Shown here piece after piece: positions 1-8,872 of a DNA stretch of 64,000 nt (position 1 is the stretch's first letter; each line of letters opens with the position of its first letter). The DNA is from an uncultured delta proteobacterium (lineage in GTDB: Bacteria; Desulfobacterota; Binatia; UBA9968): positions 1 to 64,000 of the forward strand of contig CAVXEP010000029.1 in NCBI GenBank assembly GCA_963760795.1, read 5' to 3'. Position numbers and translations under genes: made by a program. The notes beneath the pieces were generated by a model, which ran no database searches, was not told where the DNA came from, and saw only the letters and a program-made list of their open reading frames with translations.

Positions 1-125
1 TGCGCAAAGATGTTTTGCCCAACCCGCCGAAGTTGATCGAAGGCCATAAGTTACTGGTCGTCAATCCAGTCGGGCCGGATGACTACAACCGTTACAATAA
101 CGAGTATCACAAATATTTTAGGTGA
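1..125 (+). CDS. 3' end of upstream gene, probably an extracellular solute-binding protein
   Basis: Open frame from position 3 reads RKDVLPNPPKLIEGHKLLVVNPVGPDDYNRYNNEYHKYFR, stop TGA at 123-125, 3 bp before the next gene; product assignment is by resemblance only. Confidence 0.5.
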   Translation, partial: RKDVLPNPPKLIEGHKLLVVNPVGPDDYNRYNNEYHKYFR

Positions 126-128
126 AAG

Positions 129-1277
129 ATGAAAATCACAGAGGTGAAAACCATTCGTCTGCGCGCGGAAATACCGGCGGCGGGACAGGTGTTCAGCCGT
201 TCCGGGGTGCGCAACACGCGCTCGACGACATTGATCAAAGTAGAAACCGATGACGGCATTTACGGGCTCGGCTCCGCCTCCGGCAACGGCGAACTGATTG
301 AATTCATCGTTGCCCGGGTGCTCAAGCCGCTGCTGGTCGGCATGGATCCAACCGAGATCGATGAGATTTGGGACACCGCTTACGTCCGCGGCGGCCATAA
401 GGAGTTCGGCACCCGCGGCATCGGCGTCGTTGCCCTGAGCGGCATCGACATCGCGCTTTGGGATATCCTCGGCAAGGTGCGCGGCGTGCCGCTCTATCAG
501 CTGCTCGGCGGCAAAGTACGCGATAAAGTTCCAGTGTACGCCACCGCGCTCTATCCCGAAGAGCCGTCGAAGGTTGCCCGCAGGGCGCGCGAGTTCGCCG
601 ATCAAGGGTTTCACGGCGTAAAAATCAAAGTCGGCTTCGATCTGGATCAAGACATCCGCATCGTTCGCGCGGTGCGCCAAGAGCTGGGCAAAGATTTCAT
701 CGTCATGACCGACGCCAACCAAGGCTACAGCATCGACGTCGGCATCAAGGCGGCGCAGGCATTTGCCGACGCCGGCGCTTTTTGGTTGGAGGAGCCGCTC
801 TTCGTCGAGGATATCGCAGGGCATGCGATTCTTCGCGAGCGCGGCAATACGCCCATCGCCGTCGGCGAAAATCTGCATATGACCTATGGCTTCGAGAATT
901 TCATCCTGCGCGGCGCCGTTGATTTCATTCAACCCGATGTCGCCCGCGCCGGCGGCATTACCGAGATTCGCAAGATCACCGCGTTGGCGGCCAAGCACAA
1001 GGTGCCGGTGTCGTTTCATACCTGGGGCGATGGCGTAGCACTGGCGGCAAGCGTCCATCTTTCCGCGGCGCTGCAGGATTGCATCCTCATGGAACTCGAC
1101 TACACCTACAACCCGCTGCGCGAGGAACTGCTACAAGAACCGTTCAAAGTGGACAACGGTTATCTGACGCCCAGTGACAAACCAGGATTGGGCATCGAAC
1201 TGAATCAGCAAGCGCTGCAGCGGTTCGCCTTCGCTGGCTCTGAAGACATGGCGATCCGGCAGAAAACTTTGCGCTAA
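129..1277 (+). CDS. Mandelate racemase / muconate lactonizing enzyme family (enolase superfamily)
   Basis: DIALWDILGK, KIKVG (KxK), DANQ, EEP, GEN, QPD, PGLGIE motifs. Confidence 0.92.
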   Translation: MKITEVKTIRLRAEIPAAGQVFSRSGVRNTRSTTLIKVETDDGIYGLGSASGNGELIEFIVARVLKPLLVGMDPTEIDEIWDTAYVRGGHKEFGTRGIGVVALSGIDIALWDILGKVRGVPLYQLLGGKVRDKVPVYATALYPEEPSKVARRAREFADQGFHGVKIKVGFDLDQDIRIVRAVRQELGKDFIVMTDANQGYSIDVGIKAAQAFADAGAFWLEEPLFVEDIAGHAILRERGNTPIAVGENLHMTYGFENFILRGAVDFIQPDVARAGGITEIRKITALAAKHKVPVSFHTWGDGVALAASVHLSAALQDCILMELDYTYNPLREELLQEPFKVDNGYLTPSDKPGLGIELNQQALQRFAFAGSEDMAIRQKTLR

Positions 1278-1432
1278 TCCGCGCACAACCAAGCTCGCGG
1301 CCTGTGATACATTGCGAACACATCTGTACTGTCGCCAGGGAAATCCGCCGAATCACAACTAATCCATCCCATATCGTTCGATCGTCTAGGAACTTCGCGG
1401 CGCACCACTGAAAATTTGCGTCAATAAATTCA

Positions 1433-1447
1433 TGGCATATTGCTTGC
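1433..1447 (+). promoter_or_regulatory. Putative sigma54 (-24/-12) promoter
   Basis: TGGCATATTGCTTGC = GG-N10-GC, about 40 bp upstream of ATG 1489. Confidence 0.6.
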
Positions 1448-1488
1448 CCCGATAAATCTCGGCTGTGCAAACCGCCGAGGAGGCAAGC

Positions 1489-3144
1489 ATGATTGGTTGG
1501 TCATTTAGCTATCTGTATTCACAGACCCGTCGGATCGTCGCCTTAGTTACACTACTATCCTTCCTATTCACCCCGGTGCTTCCAGCCTTGGCGCTGGACG
1601 CGACCCGTGGCGGAGTACTGCCCCAGCCACTGCCGCTATTTCCGGCCGACAACTGGTGGAATCTCGATATCAGCAGCTGGCCAGTGGATCAGAACTCTCC
1701 GAGCTACATCAATTTTATCAATAACGGCGGCAGCCGAAAGCTCCATCCCGACTTCGGCGGCAATTCCGGCAGCGGATTCGGCATCTATGGCATGCCCTAC
1801 GCGGTTCTCAACAACGTTACCGATGCGGATCGAAAACCAGTGCAGTTTCAGTATTGGGATGAAAGCGACGGCGTGAATTTGCAGACAGGTACAAGCGTTG
1901 CGTTTTACCCAATTCCCAATGAAGCGATTTCTCAACCATATTGGGTCGAAGGGGGCGATCCGGGAAATGTCGATAAGCGCAGTTCACAGGATCGCCATCT
2001 GCTGCTAATCGATCGCGACCGCAACCATCTGTACGAACTTTACAATGTTTTCTACAACGTTACCCAGGCGAAATGGTATGCCGGCTCGGGAGCGTTCTTC
2101 GACATGAACACCAACAACCGCCGGCCGGATACGTGGACTTCGGCCGATGCCGCGGGTTTGGCAATCCTTCCCGGACTAGTCCGCTACGATGAAGCCTATG
2201 ATCCCAACGTAACGGAAATCAAACATGCATTGCGCGTGACCGTGCGCTCGACCAACGGCTATGTCTATCCGGCCTCCCACCGCGCCGGGTCGACCGCAGG
2301 CGCGTTGCCCATGGGCGCGCGCTTGCGCTTGAAGAACACCGTCGATGTCGCGCAGCGAACCAGCGATCCCAACGTGCAGAAAATCTTTCGTGCCATGCAG
2401 AGATACGGCTTGATCGTCGCGGATAACGGCTCCGACATGTACATCACCGGTACCTACGACACCCGCTGGAACAATGGCGTATTGAATCCTGCCTTTGCCA
2501 ATCTCTCGGCTAGTGACTTTGAAGTCATTCAACTCGGCTACAATCCCGTTCCCGCGGCAGCGGCGCTCGCCTCAGTAGCAGTAACGCCGGCGTCTGCTAC
2601 AGGAGGACAATCGCGGTCCGGCACGGTAACACTGACCCGCGCCGCATCAGCAAGTGTCGTGGTGAACTTGGCGAGCAGCGTGGCACCAGCACAGGTACCA
2701 ACGTCTGTAACGATTCCGGCAAACGCCAGCGCAGCGAATTTTACAGTAACCACACAAGCAGTGAGTTCGTTGACGGCAGGAAACATCTCGGCAAGCTACA
2801 ACGGCGTGACAAAATCCGCATCGATCAGTTTATTGCCACCGCCATCAGTATCGGCAAGTCTGGCTGGGTTAACCCTCAGCCCGACCACAGTCAGCGGCGG
2901 CGCCACGTCGATTGGGACGGTGACGCTCACCGCGCCCGCGCCTGCTGCAGGTTTAGTAGTGAAGTTGTCGAGCAATATTCCCAGCCGAGCGAAAGTTCCC
3001 ACAATCGTAACTGTTCCTTCCGGCAGTTCATCCGCGAGTTTTAGTGTTACAACTGTCAAAGTGAACCGAAAGTTTTCGCCAACAATCACTGCATCCTATG
3101 GTGGCGTTAAGAAAACTGCAGTTCTGACAATTACCCGGCAATAA
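1489..3144 (+). CDS. Secreted protein: uncharacterised N-terminal domain plus two Ser/Thr/Ala-rich Ig-like repeats
   Basis: GAGGAGG RBS before ATG 1489; signal-peptide-like N-terminus (..LPALA); two ~95-aa repeats (L..P..V/A.GG....GTVTL..A....VVxLxSx...VP..VTxP...F.VTT....I.ASY.GV.K.A). Confidence 0.8.
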   Translation: MIGWSFSYLYSQTRRIVALVTLLSFLFTPVLPALALDATRGGVLPQPLPLFPADNWWNLDISSWPVDQNSPSYINFINNGGSRKLHPDFGGNSGSGFGIYGMPYAVLNNVTDADRKPVQFQYWDESDGVNLQTGTSVAFYPIPNEAISQPYWVEGGDPGNVDKRSSQDRHLLLIDRDRNHLYELYNVFYNVTQAKWYAGSGAFFDMNTNNRRPDTWTSADAAGLAILPGLVRYDEAYDPNVTEIKHALRVTVRSTNGYVYPASHRAGSTAGALPMGARLRLKNTVDVAQRTSDPNVQKIFRAMQRYGLIVADNGSDMYITGTYDTRWNNGVLNPAFANLSASDFEVIQLGYNPVPAAAALASVAVTPASATGGQSRSGTVTLTRAASASVVVNLASSVAPAQVPTSVTIPANASAANFTVTTQAVSSLTAGNISASYNGVTKSASISLLPPPSVSASLAGLTLSPTTVSGGATSIGTVTLTAPAPAAGLVVKLSSNIPSRAKVPTIVTVPSGSSSASFSVTTVKVNRKFSPTITASYGGVKKTAVLTITRQ

Positions 3145-3165
3145 CGAGATTATCTGTCCCTCTTC

Positions 3166-3203
3166 AAGCAAGCACCGTCGAGTGATCGACGGTGCTTGCT
3201 TTG
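3166..3203 (+). terminator. Intrinsic terminator hairpin
   Basis: Perfect 16-bp stem AAGCAAGCACCGTCGA / TCGACGGTGCTTGCTT with GTGA loop, 21 bp after stop. Confidence 0.8.
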
Positions 3204-3323
3204 CTCCACTACCAAACTCGCTTGAGGTTTCTTCGCCTGCTGCGGCGGTTCGGGTTTTCGTCTAACCACCAATCATCCTACGACTGAAACAAGCTTAGCT
3301 GCTTGACGGGCCACAAGAAGTGT

Positions 3324-3455
3324 TCACCACGAAGGCACGAAGAGCACGAAGTTCAGAGAAATAATTTCCCAAACCTTCTTTTCCTGCGTGACCTTCGTGG
3401 TAAAAACTCTTTCTCATTTGGATGTGCCTCTGCCGCGCTAGGAACTTCGTGGTGA
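3324..3455. repeat. Short-period palindromic element (CACGAAG units)
   Basis: TCACCACGAAG-GCACGAAG-AGCACGAAG ... CTTCGTGGTAA ... CTTCGTGGTGA; 11-bp perfect terminal inverted repeat. Confidence 0.75.
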
Positions 3456-3574
3456 GTTACTGCCCCGATAAACTTTCATCAGCTTGAGACACTCCAGCTA
3501 GAGCATTCCCAACTGATTCACAATTTCAACCTTGGTTGTCTTGGACTAGGGAGCTGTTAAGATTATCCGGCTCC

Positions 3575-4948
3575 ATGTACCAGGAAGACACCATAGCCGC
3601 GATCGCCACGCCGCCAGGCGAGGGCGGCCTCGCCGTGGTCCGAATCAGCGGACCCGATGCGGAGAAAATCGCGCTGCGAATTTTTATCCGGCCGAACAAT
3701 CGCAACGGTAAACTTCGTTCGCATACTCTCTACCATGGGCAAATCAGCGATCCCAAGGACACGCAACCGATCGATGAAGTGCTGCTCACGATCATGCGCA
3801 AGCCACGGAGTTACACCGGTGAAGATGTCGTCGAGGTACATTGTCATGGCGGCAATTTTCTGGTCAGACAAATTCTCGCGCTAATCTTGACTCAAGGCGC
3901 GCGCCAAGCGGAGCCGGGCGAATTCACCAAGCGGGCCTTTTTGAATGGTCGCGTCGATCTCGCCCAGGCCGAGGCGGTACTCGATCTCATTCGCGCCAGG
4001 ACAGCGAAGGGCGCACAGCTGGCATTGCATCAGGCCAGCGGTGAATTGTCGAAGTATGTCGGCGAACTGCGCGAGGAGCTGCTCGACATCATGGTCCAGG
4101 TGGAAGCCGCCATCGATTTCCCTGAAGAGGAAATCGAGCTCCTCCAGCGTCACCGCTTGGTCGAGAAAATCCTTGCCTTAGTCACAAAAATCAATACTAT
4201 TTCAGATAGTTATGAGTGGGGCAGGCTATTTCGCGAAGGTGCCACGGTGTGTATTTGCGGCCGCCCCAATGTCGGCAAGTCAAGCTTGTTGAACGCTTTG
4301 CTGGGTACTGACAGGGTCATAGTCACGCCGGTTCCAGGTACCACGAGAGATGTGATAGAAGAATCGCTGACCTTGGACGGTCTGCCGATTGTAATTTGGG
4401 ATACCGCCGGGATCAGAGACACCAACGACCAGATTGAAAAGCTCGGCGTCGAACTATCCCGTCAGCACTTGGAGAAAGCGGATGCTTTGGTGATTGTCAT
4501 CGATGGCTCCGTCGAGTTGACTCCAGAGGATTGCGCGTTGCTGCAAAACATCGGTGCCAAGAAAGTCGTGATTGCCGTAAACAAAAGTGATTTGCCTAGA
4601 GTTGTCGACCTTGATTCGATCTCGGCAAACCAGCCAACAAAAATACTCGAAACCTCGGCAAAATCCGGCGCTGGAATTGACCCACTGAAGAGAACCTTGC
4701 GTGAACTAATCCTCGGCTGCGCAATTGAATCGCCGGTCACCGTAACCAACCTGCGCCACCGCAGCGAGTTGGTTCGTAGTGCCGATGGCCTGACACGCGC
4801 GACGGAGACCCTAAATCAGGGGTTGCCACCGGAATTAGCCGCCATTGATCTTAACGATGCTCGCGAAGCCCTCGAAGAAATCATTGGCGTGGTTCGCAAT
4901 GATGATATTTTAGAACGGATATTTAGTAATTTTTGCATAGGTAAATAA
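3575..4948 (+). CDS. mnmE: tRNA modification GTPase MnmE
   Basis: DTIAAIATP, SYTGED, GEFTKRAFLNG, GRPNVGKSSL, GTTRD, DTAG, NKSD, C-terminal FCIGK. Confidence 0.98.
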   Translation: MYQEDTIAAIATPPGEGGLAVVRISGPDAEKIALRIFIRPNNRNGKLRSHTLYHGQISDPKDTQPIDEVLLTIMRKPRSYTGEDVVEVHCHGGNFLVRQILALILTQGARQAEPGEFTKRAFLNGRVDLAQAEAVLDLIRARTAKGAQLALHQASGELSKYVGELREELLDIMVQVEAAIDFPEEEIELLQRHRLVEKILALVTKINTISDSYEWGRLFREGATVCICGRPNVGKSSLLNALLGTDRVIVTPVPGTTRDVIEESLTLDGLPIVIWDTAGIRDTNDQIEKLGVELSRQHLEKADALVIVIDGSVELTPEDCALLQNIGAKKVVIAVNKSDLPRVVDLDSISANQPTKILETSAKSGAGIDPLKRTLRELILGCAIESPVTVTNLRHRSELVRSADGLTRATETLNQGLPPELAAIDLNDAREALEEIIGVVRNDDILERIFSNFCIGK

Positions 4949-4995
4949 CAATAATATTTATCTCGGAGTATTTATTTTAGAAAGGTATCGCGCCC

Positions 4996-5011
4996 TGTTT
5001 CACGTGAAACC
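4996..5011. promoter_or_regulatory. parS: parS site (15/16)
   Basis: TGTTTCACGTGAAACC versus consensus TGTTTCACGTGAAACA; abuts the mnmG ATG. Confidence 0.88.
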
Positions 5012-6898
5012 ATGAACTCAAATTCTATCTTCGATGTAATTGTCGTCGGTGCCGGCCATGCCGGTATTGAGGCTTGCCTGGCTGCGGCTCGAATGGGTTG
5101 CACCACGCTAATGATGACCCTTAACCTGGATCACATCGGCCAGATGTCATGTAATCCAGCCATTGGCGGCATTGGCAAGGGCCACTTGGTTAAAGAAATC
5201 GATGCGCTGGGCGGTGAAATGGCCAGAGCTATCGACGAAACCGGCATTCAATTCCGCATTCTCAATACCAAAAAAGGACCCGCAGTACGCGCTTCCAGGG
5301 CGCAAGCTGACAAGGCGCTCTATCGCATGCGCATGAAGCGAGTGCTGGAAAACTGCCCAGGGTTGATTGTGCGGCAAGGCAGCGTTGAAGCGTTGATCGT
5401 TGAAGACGGGCAAATCAAAGGAGTCGAAACTCAGATTGGCGAGCGCTTCTATGGAAAGAAGATAATCCTGACAACCGGAACATTTTTGAAGGGACTGATT
5501 CATATTGGCGATCGAAACTATTCTGCGGGCCGGGCTGGTGATTTCGCCGTCCAGGGATTAAGCGAGTCCTTGGTTGGTCTAGGATTCAAAGTCGGCAGGC
5601 TCAAGACCGGCACCTGCCCAAGGCTCGATAGTAGGACCATCGACTATTCGGAACTCGTGGTTCAGGACGGCGATCAGCCACCCCAGCCATTCTCGTTTTC
5701 AAATAGTGGGGTCGTCCAACGCCAGGTTCCTTGTCACATTACCTATACCAACAGCCGTACTCATGAGATCATTCGGGGCGCGATGCATCGCTCGCCGATG
5801 TATTCCGGAGTGATTAAAAGCCGAGGCCCAAGATACTGCCCGTCGATTGAAGACAAGATCCATCGCTTCGCCGACAAGGATCGCCACCAGATTTTTCTCG
5901 AACCGGAGGGATTGGACACCGTAGAAGTCTATCCAAACGGGCTGTCCACGAGCCTGCCACTGGACGTCCAAGTCGAGATGGTTCGCTCGATTAAAGGTCT
6001 GGAGCACGCCGAGGTCATGCGTCATGGCTACGCCATCGAGTATGACTACTTTGAGCCAACCCAGCTTTTCCCCAGTTTGGAAACCAAACTGGTCAAAGGG
6101 CTCTATCACGCCGGTCAAATCAATGGCACTACCGGTTATGAAGAAGCGGCCGCCCAAGGGATCATGGCTGGAATCAACGCAGTGTTAAGCCTTCGTGGCG
6201 AGACCCCTTTGGTTTTCTCTCGTGACCAAGCCTACATTGGCGTACTGATCGACGATCTGGTTACCAAAGGAACCGACAGCGAGCCTTATCGAATGTTCAC
6301 ATCGCGTGCCGAATACCGGCTGTTATTACGCGAAGACAACGCCGATTTAAGGCTTAGCGAAACTGGCCATAGGATTGGACTGGCGGGCGAAGCTGCTTAC
6401 CAGAGGTTCAAGGAGAAAAAATCCGCCATCGACGATCTAGTCGACTACTTGGACGGCAACCAGTTGTTGCCGGACGGCGAAACCAATTTGCGCCTTGAAG
6501 CGCTTGGTAAAACGCCGCTGAAAAATGTGACAAAGCTGAGCCAGATTTTACGCAGGCCAGAAATATCCCTGGCGGATATCAGAGTGATATTTCCGGAGAT
6601 GATTAAATACTCACGCGACGTAGACTCACAGGTGGAAGTTCAAATCAAATATCAAGGCTACGTCAACCGTCAGAACGACATGGTCGGAAGATTTCAGAAA
6701 ATGGAAGATGTCCGGCTTCCCGAGGACATCGATTATTCCCAGATCAGTGGTATTTCACGAGAAGTCTGCGAGAAATTGATCCGCATCCAACCGCGCTCCC
6801 TTGGCCAAGCATCGAGAATTTCCGGGATCACGCCAGCGGCGATAACTTTACTGTCCTTCTATTTGAAGAAGCGTAAGAGCGTGGAGTCTTATTCGTAA
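5012..6898 (+). CDS. mnmG: tRNA uridine-5-carboxymethylaminomethyl modification enzyme MnmG (GidA)
   Basis: GAGHAG, MSCNPAIGG, RLKTGT, GPRYCPSIEDK, AGQINGTTGYEEAAAQG, EPYRMFTSRAEYRL. Confidence 0.98.
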   Translation: MNSNSIFDVIVVGAGHAGIEACLAAARMGCTTLMMTLNLDHIGQMSCNPAIGGIGKGHLVKEIDALGGEMARAIDETGIQFRILNTKKGPAVRASRAQADKALYRMRMKRVLENCPGLIVRQGSVEALIVEDGQIKGVETQIGERFYGKKIILTTGTFLKGLIHIGDRNYSAGRAGDFAVQGLSESLVGLGFKVGRLKTGTCPRLDSRTIDYSELVVQDGDQPPQPFSFSNSGVVQRQVPCHITYTNSRTHEIIRGAMHRSPMYSGVIKSRGPRYCPSIEDKIHRFADKDRHQIFLEPEGLDTVEVYPNGLSTSLPLDVQVEMVRSIKGLEHAEVMRHGYAIEYDYFEPTQLFPSLETKLVKGLYHAGQINGTTGYEEAAAQGIMAGINAVLSLRGETPLVFSRDQAYIGVLIDDLVTKGTDSEPYRMFTSRAEYRLLLREDNADLRLSETGHRIGLAGEAAYQRFKEKKSAIDDLVDYLDGNQLLPDGETNLRLEALGKTPLKNVTKLSQILRRPEISLADIRVIFPEMIKYSRDVDSQVEVQIKYQGYVNRQNDMVGRFQKMEDVRLPEDIDYSQISGISREVCEKLIRIQPRSLGQASRISGITPAAITLLSFYLKKRKSVESYS

Positions 6899-6935
6899 TT
6901 ACCCTAGACAAGAATTTGCTTTACCCATAGCCGCT

Positions 6936-6970
6936 ACTAGAGACATGTGTCCCACTAGAGACATGTGTCC
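6936..6970. repeat. Tandem direct repeat, 17 bp x2 (period 18)
   Basis: ACTAGAGACATGTGTCC at 6936-6952 and 6954-6970. Confidence 0.9.
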
Positions 6971-6982
6971 ACACTGAATTTC

Positions 6983-6998
6983 TGTTTCACGTGAAACA
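6983..6998. promoter_or_regulatory. parS: parS site (perfect)
   Basis: TGTTTCACGTGAAACA; palindrome extends to 20 bp (6981-7000); upstream of parA. Confidence 0.95.
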
Positions 6999-7061
6999 GA
7001 GATAGTGCTTCTCATCCATAAATATTTGTGGTAATACTTAGTTAGACCTCTTAATGCTTTG

Positions 7062-7074
7062 TAAACTATTGATT
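7062..7074 (-). promoter_or_regulatory. IHF-consensus site
   Basis: Minus strand AATCAA-TAGT-TTA matches WATCAANNNNTTR, in an AT-rich tract before parA. Confidence 0.4.
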
Positions 7075-7088
7075 TATAAAGACTTTTT

Positions 7089-7883
7089 GTGAGTAAAATA
7101 ATTGCAATAGCGAACCAGAAGGGCGGCGTCGGCAAGACGACAACTGCGATCAACCTAGCGGCCAGCTTGGCGCTAGAGGCTCGGCGTACGTTGTTGGTCG
7201 ACATCGACCCTCAGGGAAATAGCACTACTGGTCTGGGGGTCGACCGCGCTCAAGTAACGGCTAGCTTGTATCATGTCCTAGACGGCACGCGCTTCGTCGG
7301 CGACGCGATGTGCCAAACCGAGGTGCCGGAGCTGCTGATGATTCCCGCGACCAAGGATTTGGTCGGTGCCGAAGTCGAGCTGGTCAACACCGAACGCCGC
7401 GAGTATCGCCTCAAAGACGCCTTGGCCTCGGTGGTGGCGCAATATGACTATGTGTTGCTCGACTGCCCGCCCTCCCTTGGCTTGCTCACCCTCAATGCAT
7501 TGACGGCGGCAGACTCGCTGTTGATTCCGATTCAAAGCGAGTATTACGCCCTGGAAGGTTTGAGCGCGATTCTTGAAACCATGAATCTGGTGCAGAAAGG
7601 TTTGAATCCGGCTCTGCACCTGGAGGGTATCGTCATCACCATGTTCGATAGCCGCAATCGCCTATCGCATCAGGTTGTCGAAGAAATCCGCGCGCACTTT
7701 CCCGACAAAATGTTCAATGCCATCGTGCGCCGCAATGTTCGCCTCAGCGAGAGCCCGAGCTACGGCAAACCGATTTGTTTGTACGATCCGACCTCAACTG
7801 GAGCGTTGGACTACCGAGAATTAGCAAAGGAGTTGATTAGTCGTGGAGAACGCAATGCCAATGCAGAAAAAGGGCTTGGGTAG
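7089..7883 (+). CDS. parA: Chromosome partitioning ATPase ParA/Soj
   Basis: NQKGGVGKTTT, DIDPQGN, DCPPSLG, EYYALEG, RNVRLSESPSYG. Confidence 0.97.
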   Translation: MSKIIAIANQKGGVGKTTTAINLAASLALEARRTLLVDIDPQGNSTTGLGVDRAQVTASLYHVLDGTRFVGDAMCQTEVPELLMIPATKDLVGAEVELVNTERREYRLKDALASVVAQYDYVLLDCPPSLGLLTLNALTAADSLLIPIQSEYYALEGLSAILETMNLVQKGLNPALHLEGIVITMFDSRNRLSHQVVEEIRAHFPDKMFNAIVRRNVRLSESPSYGKPICLYDPTSTGALDYRELAKELISRGERNANAEKGLG

Positions 7884-8744
7884 AGGACTTAGCGCGCTCA
7901 TTCCGGGCGCGCCGGAATCTACCACAGTCGAAACGCCGTCCAGGGCGGTTCGCCCAAACAAGTTGCCGTCGACCGGATTACCACCAGTCCGTTTCAGCCG
8001 CGACGCAGTTTCGACGAAACTAAGATCGATGAACTCGCATCGTCGATTCGCAATCAGGGCATTATTCAGCCGTTGATCGTTCGCCCCAAGAATGACGGCT
8101 TCGAGCTGATTGCCGGCGAGCGCCGCTGGCGCGCCGCCATGCGCGCCGGCTTGAGCCATGTGCCGGTGCTGGTGCGTGACGCCAGCGATCATGAGGCGAT
8201 GCAAATCGCCCTGGTGGAAAATCTCCAGCGCGAAGATCTCAATTCCATCGAGGAGGCCAACGGCTATCGTCGCTTGCAGGAAGAATTTCATTGGAGCCAG
8301 GAAGAGATGGCCGAGAAAGTTGGCAAGAGCCGTCCGGCGATCGCCAATTCAATGCGGCTGCTCACACTGCCGAGCGAAGTTCAGCAAGAGGTCGTCTCCG
8401 GCAATCTGCCGGCCGGACAAGCGCGGGCGCTATTAGGCCTGCATACCGAACCGCTGATAATCACGGCCTGTCGCGAAGTTATTGCCAAAGGGCTATCCAC
8501 TCGTGAAACCGAAAAGATGGTGCGCACGCTCTTGATTGGGCGGCGACGGCGGCGACAGGCGCCGCTACTTGATCCTGATCTCAAATCCATCGTCGAAGAA
8601 TTGCAGCGAACTTTGGGAACTCGCGTCCGCCTGCTGCCCAAAGCAAGGAGCGCCAAAGGAAAAGTTGAGATCGAATATTATACCGCGGCGGACCTCGAAC
8701 GGATTGTCGAGACGATTACCAAAAAGTCGATTGTCTCGGCGTAA
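7855..8744 (+). CDS. parB: ParB/Spo0J, frameshift at about 7915-7955
   Basis: KKGLGRGLSALI in one frame; SPFQPRRSF..SIRNQGIIQP..LIAGERRWRA..ENLQREDL and HTH in another frame. Confidence 0.93.
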
Positions 8745-8872
8745 ATCATTGTCTTAGCGTCCAATATAAATTTACCATTCGCTGGGCCGCATCAAAGGAA
8801 AGCCGCCTAACCCGGATTAGCAATCCTGCCAGGTTTTCGGCTCGACTGCTGCTGTACCGCGAATAATTCGGG

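Noticed and set aside
55-125. 6-mer-like repeat (GACTAC AACCGT TACAAT AACGAG)
   Set aside because: It is the coding tail DYNRYNNEY of the upstream gene
1460-1492. c-di-GMP-I riboswitch-like GCAAACC
   Set aside because: No following GAAA tetraloop / GCAAAGC second stem; runs directly into the RBS
6751-6766. Additional parS in mnmG (TATTTCACGAGAAGTC), and a half-site in parB at about 8500
   Set aside because: Only 11/16 or half-site matches, explained by ISRE and STRET codons
6899-7088. oriC in the AT-rich mnmG-parA spacer
   Set aside because: No good TTATCCACA boxes seen (best about 7/9) and no dnaA in the window
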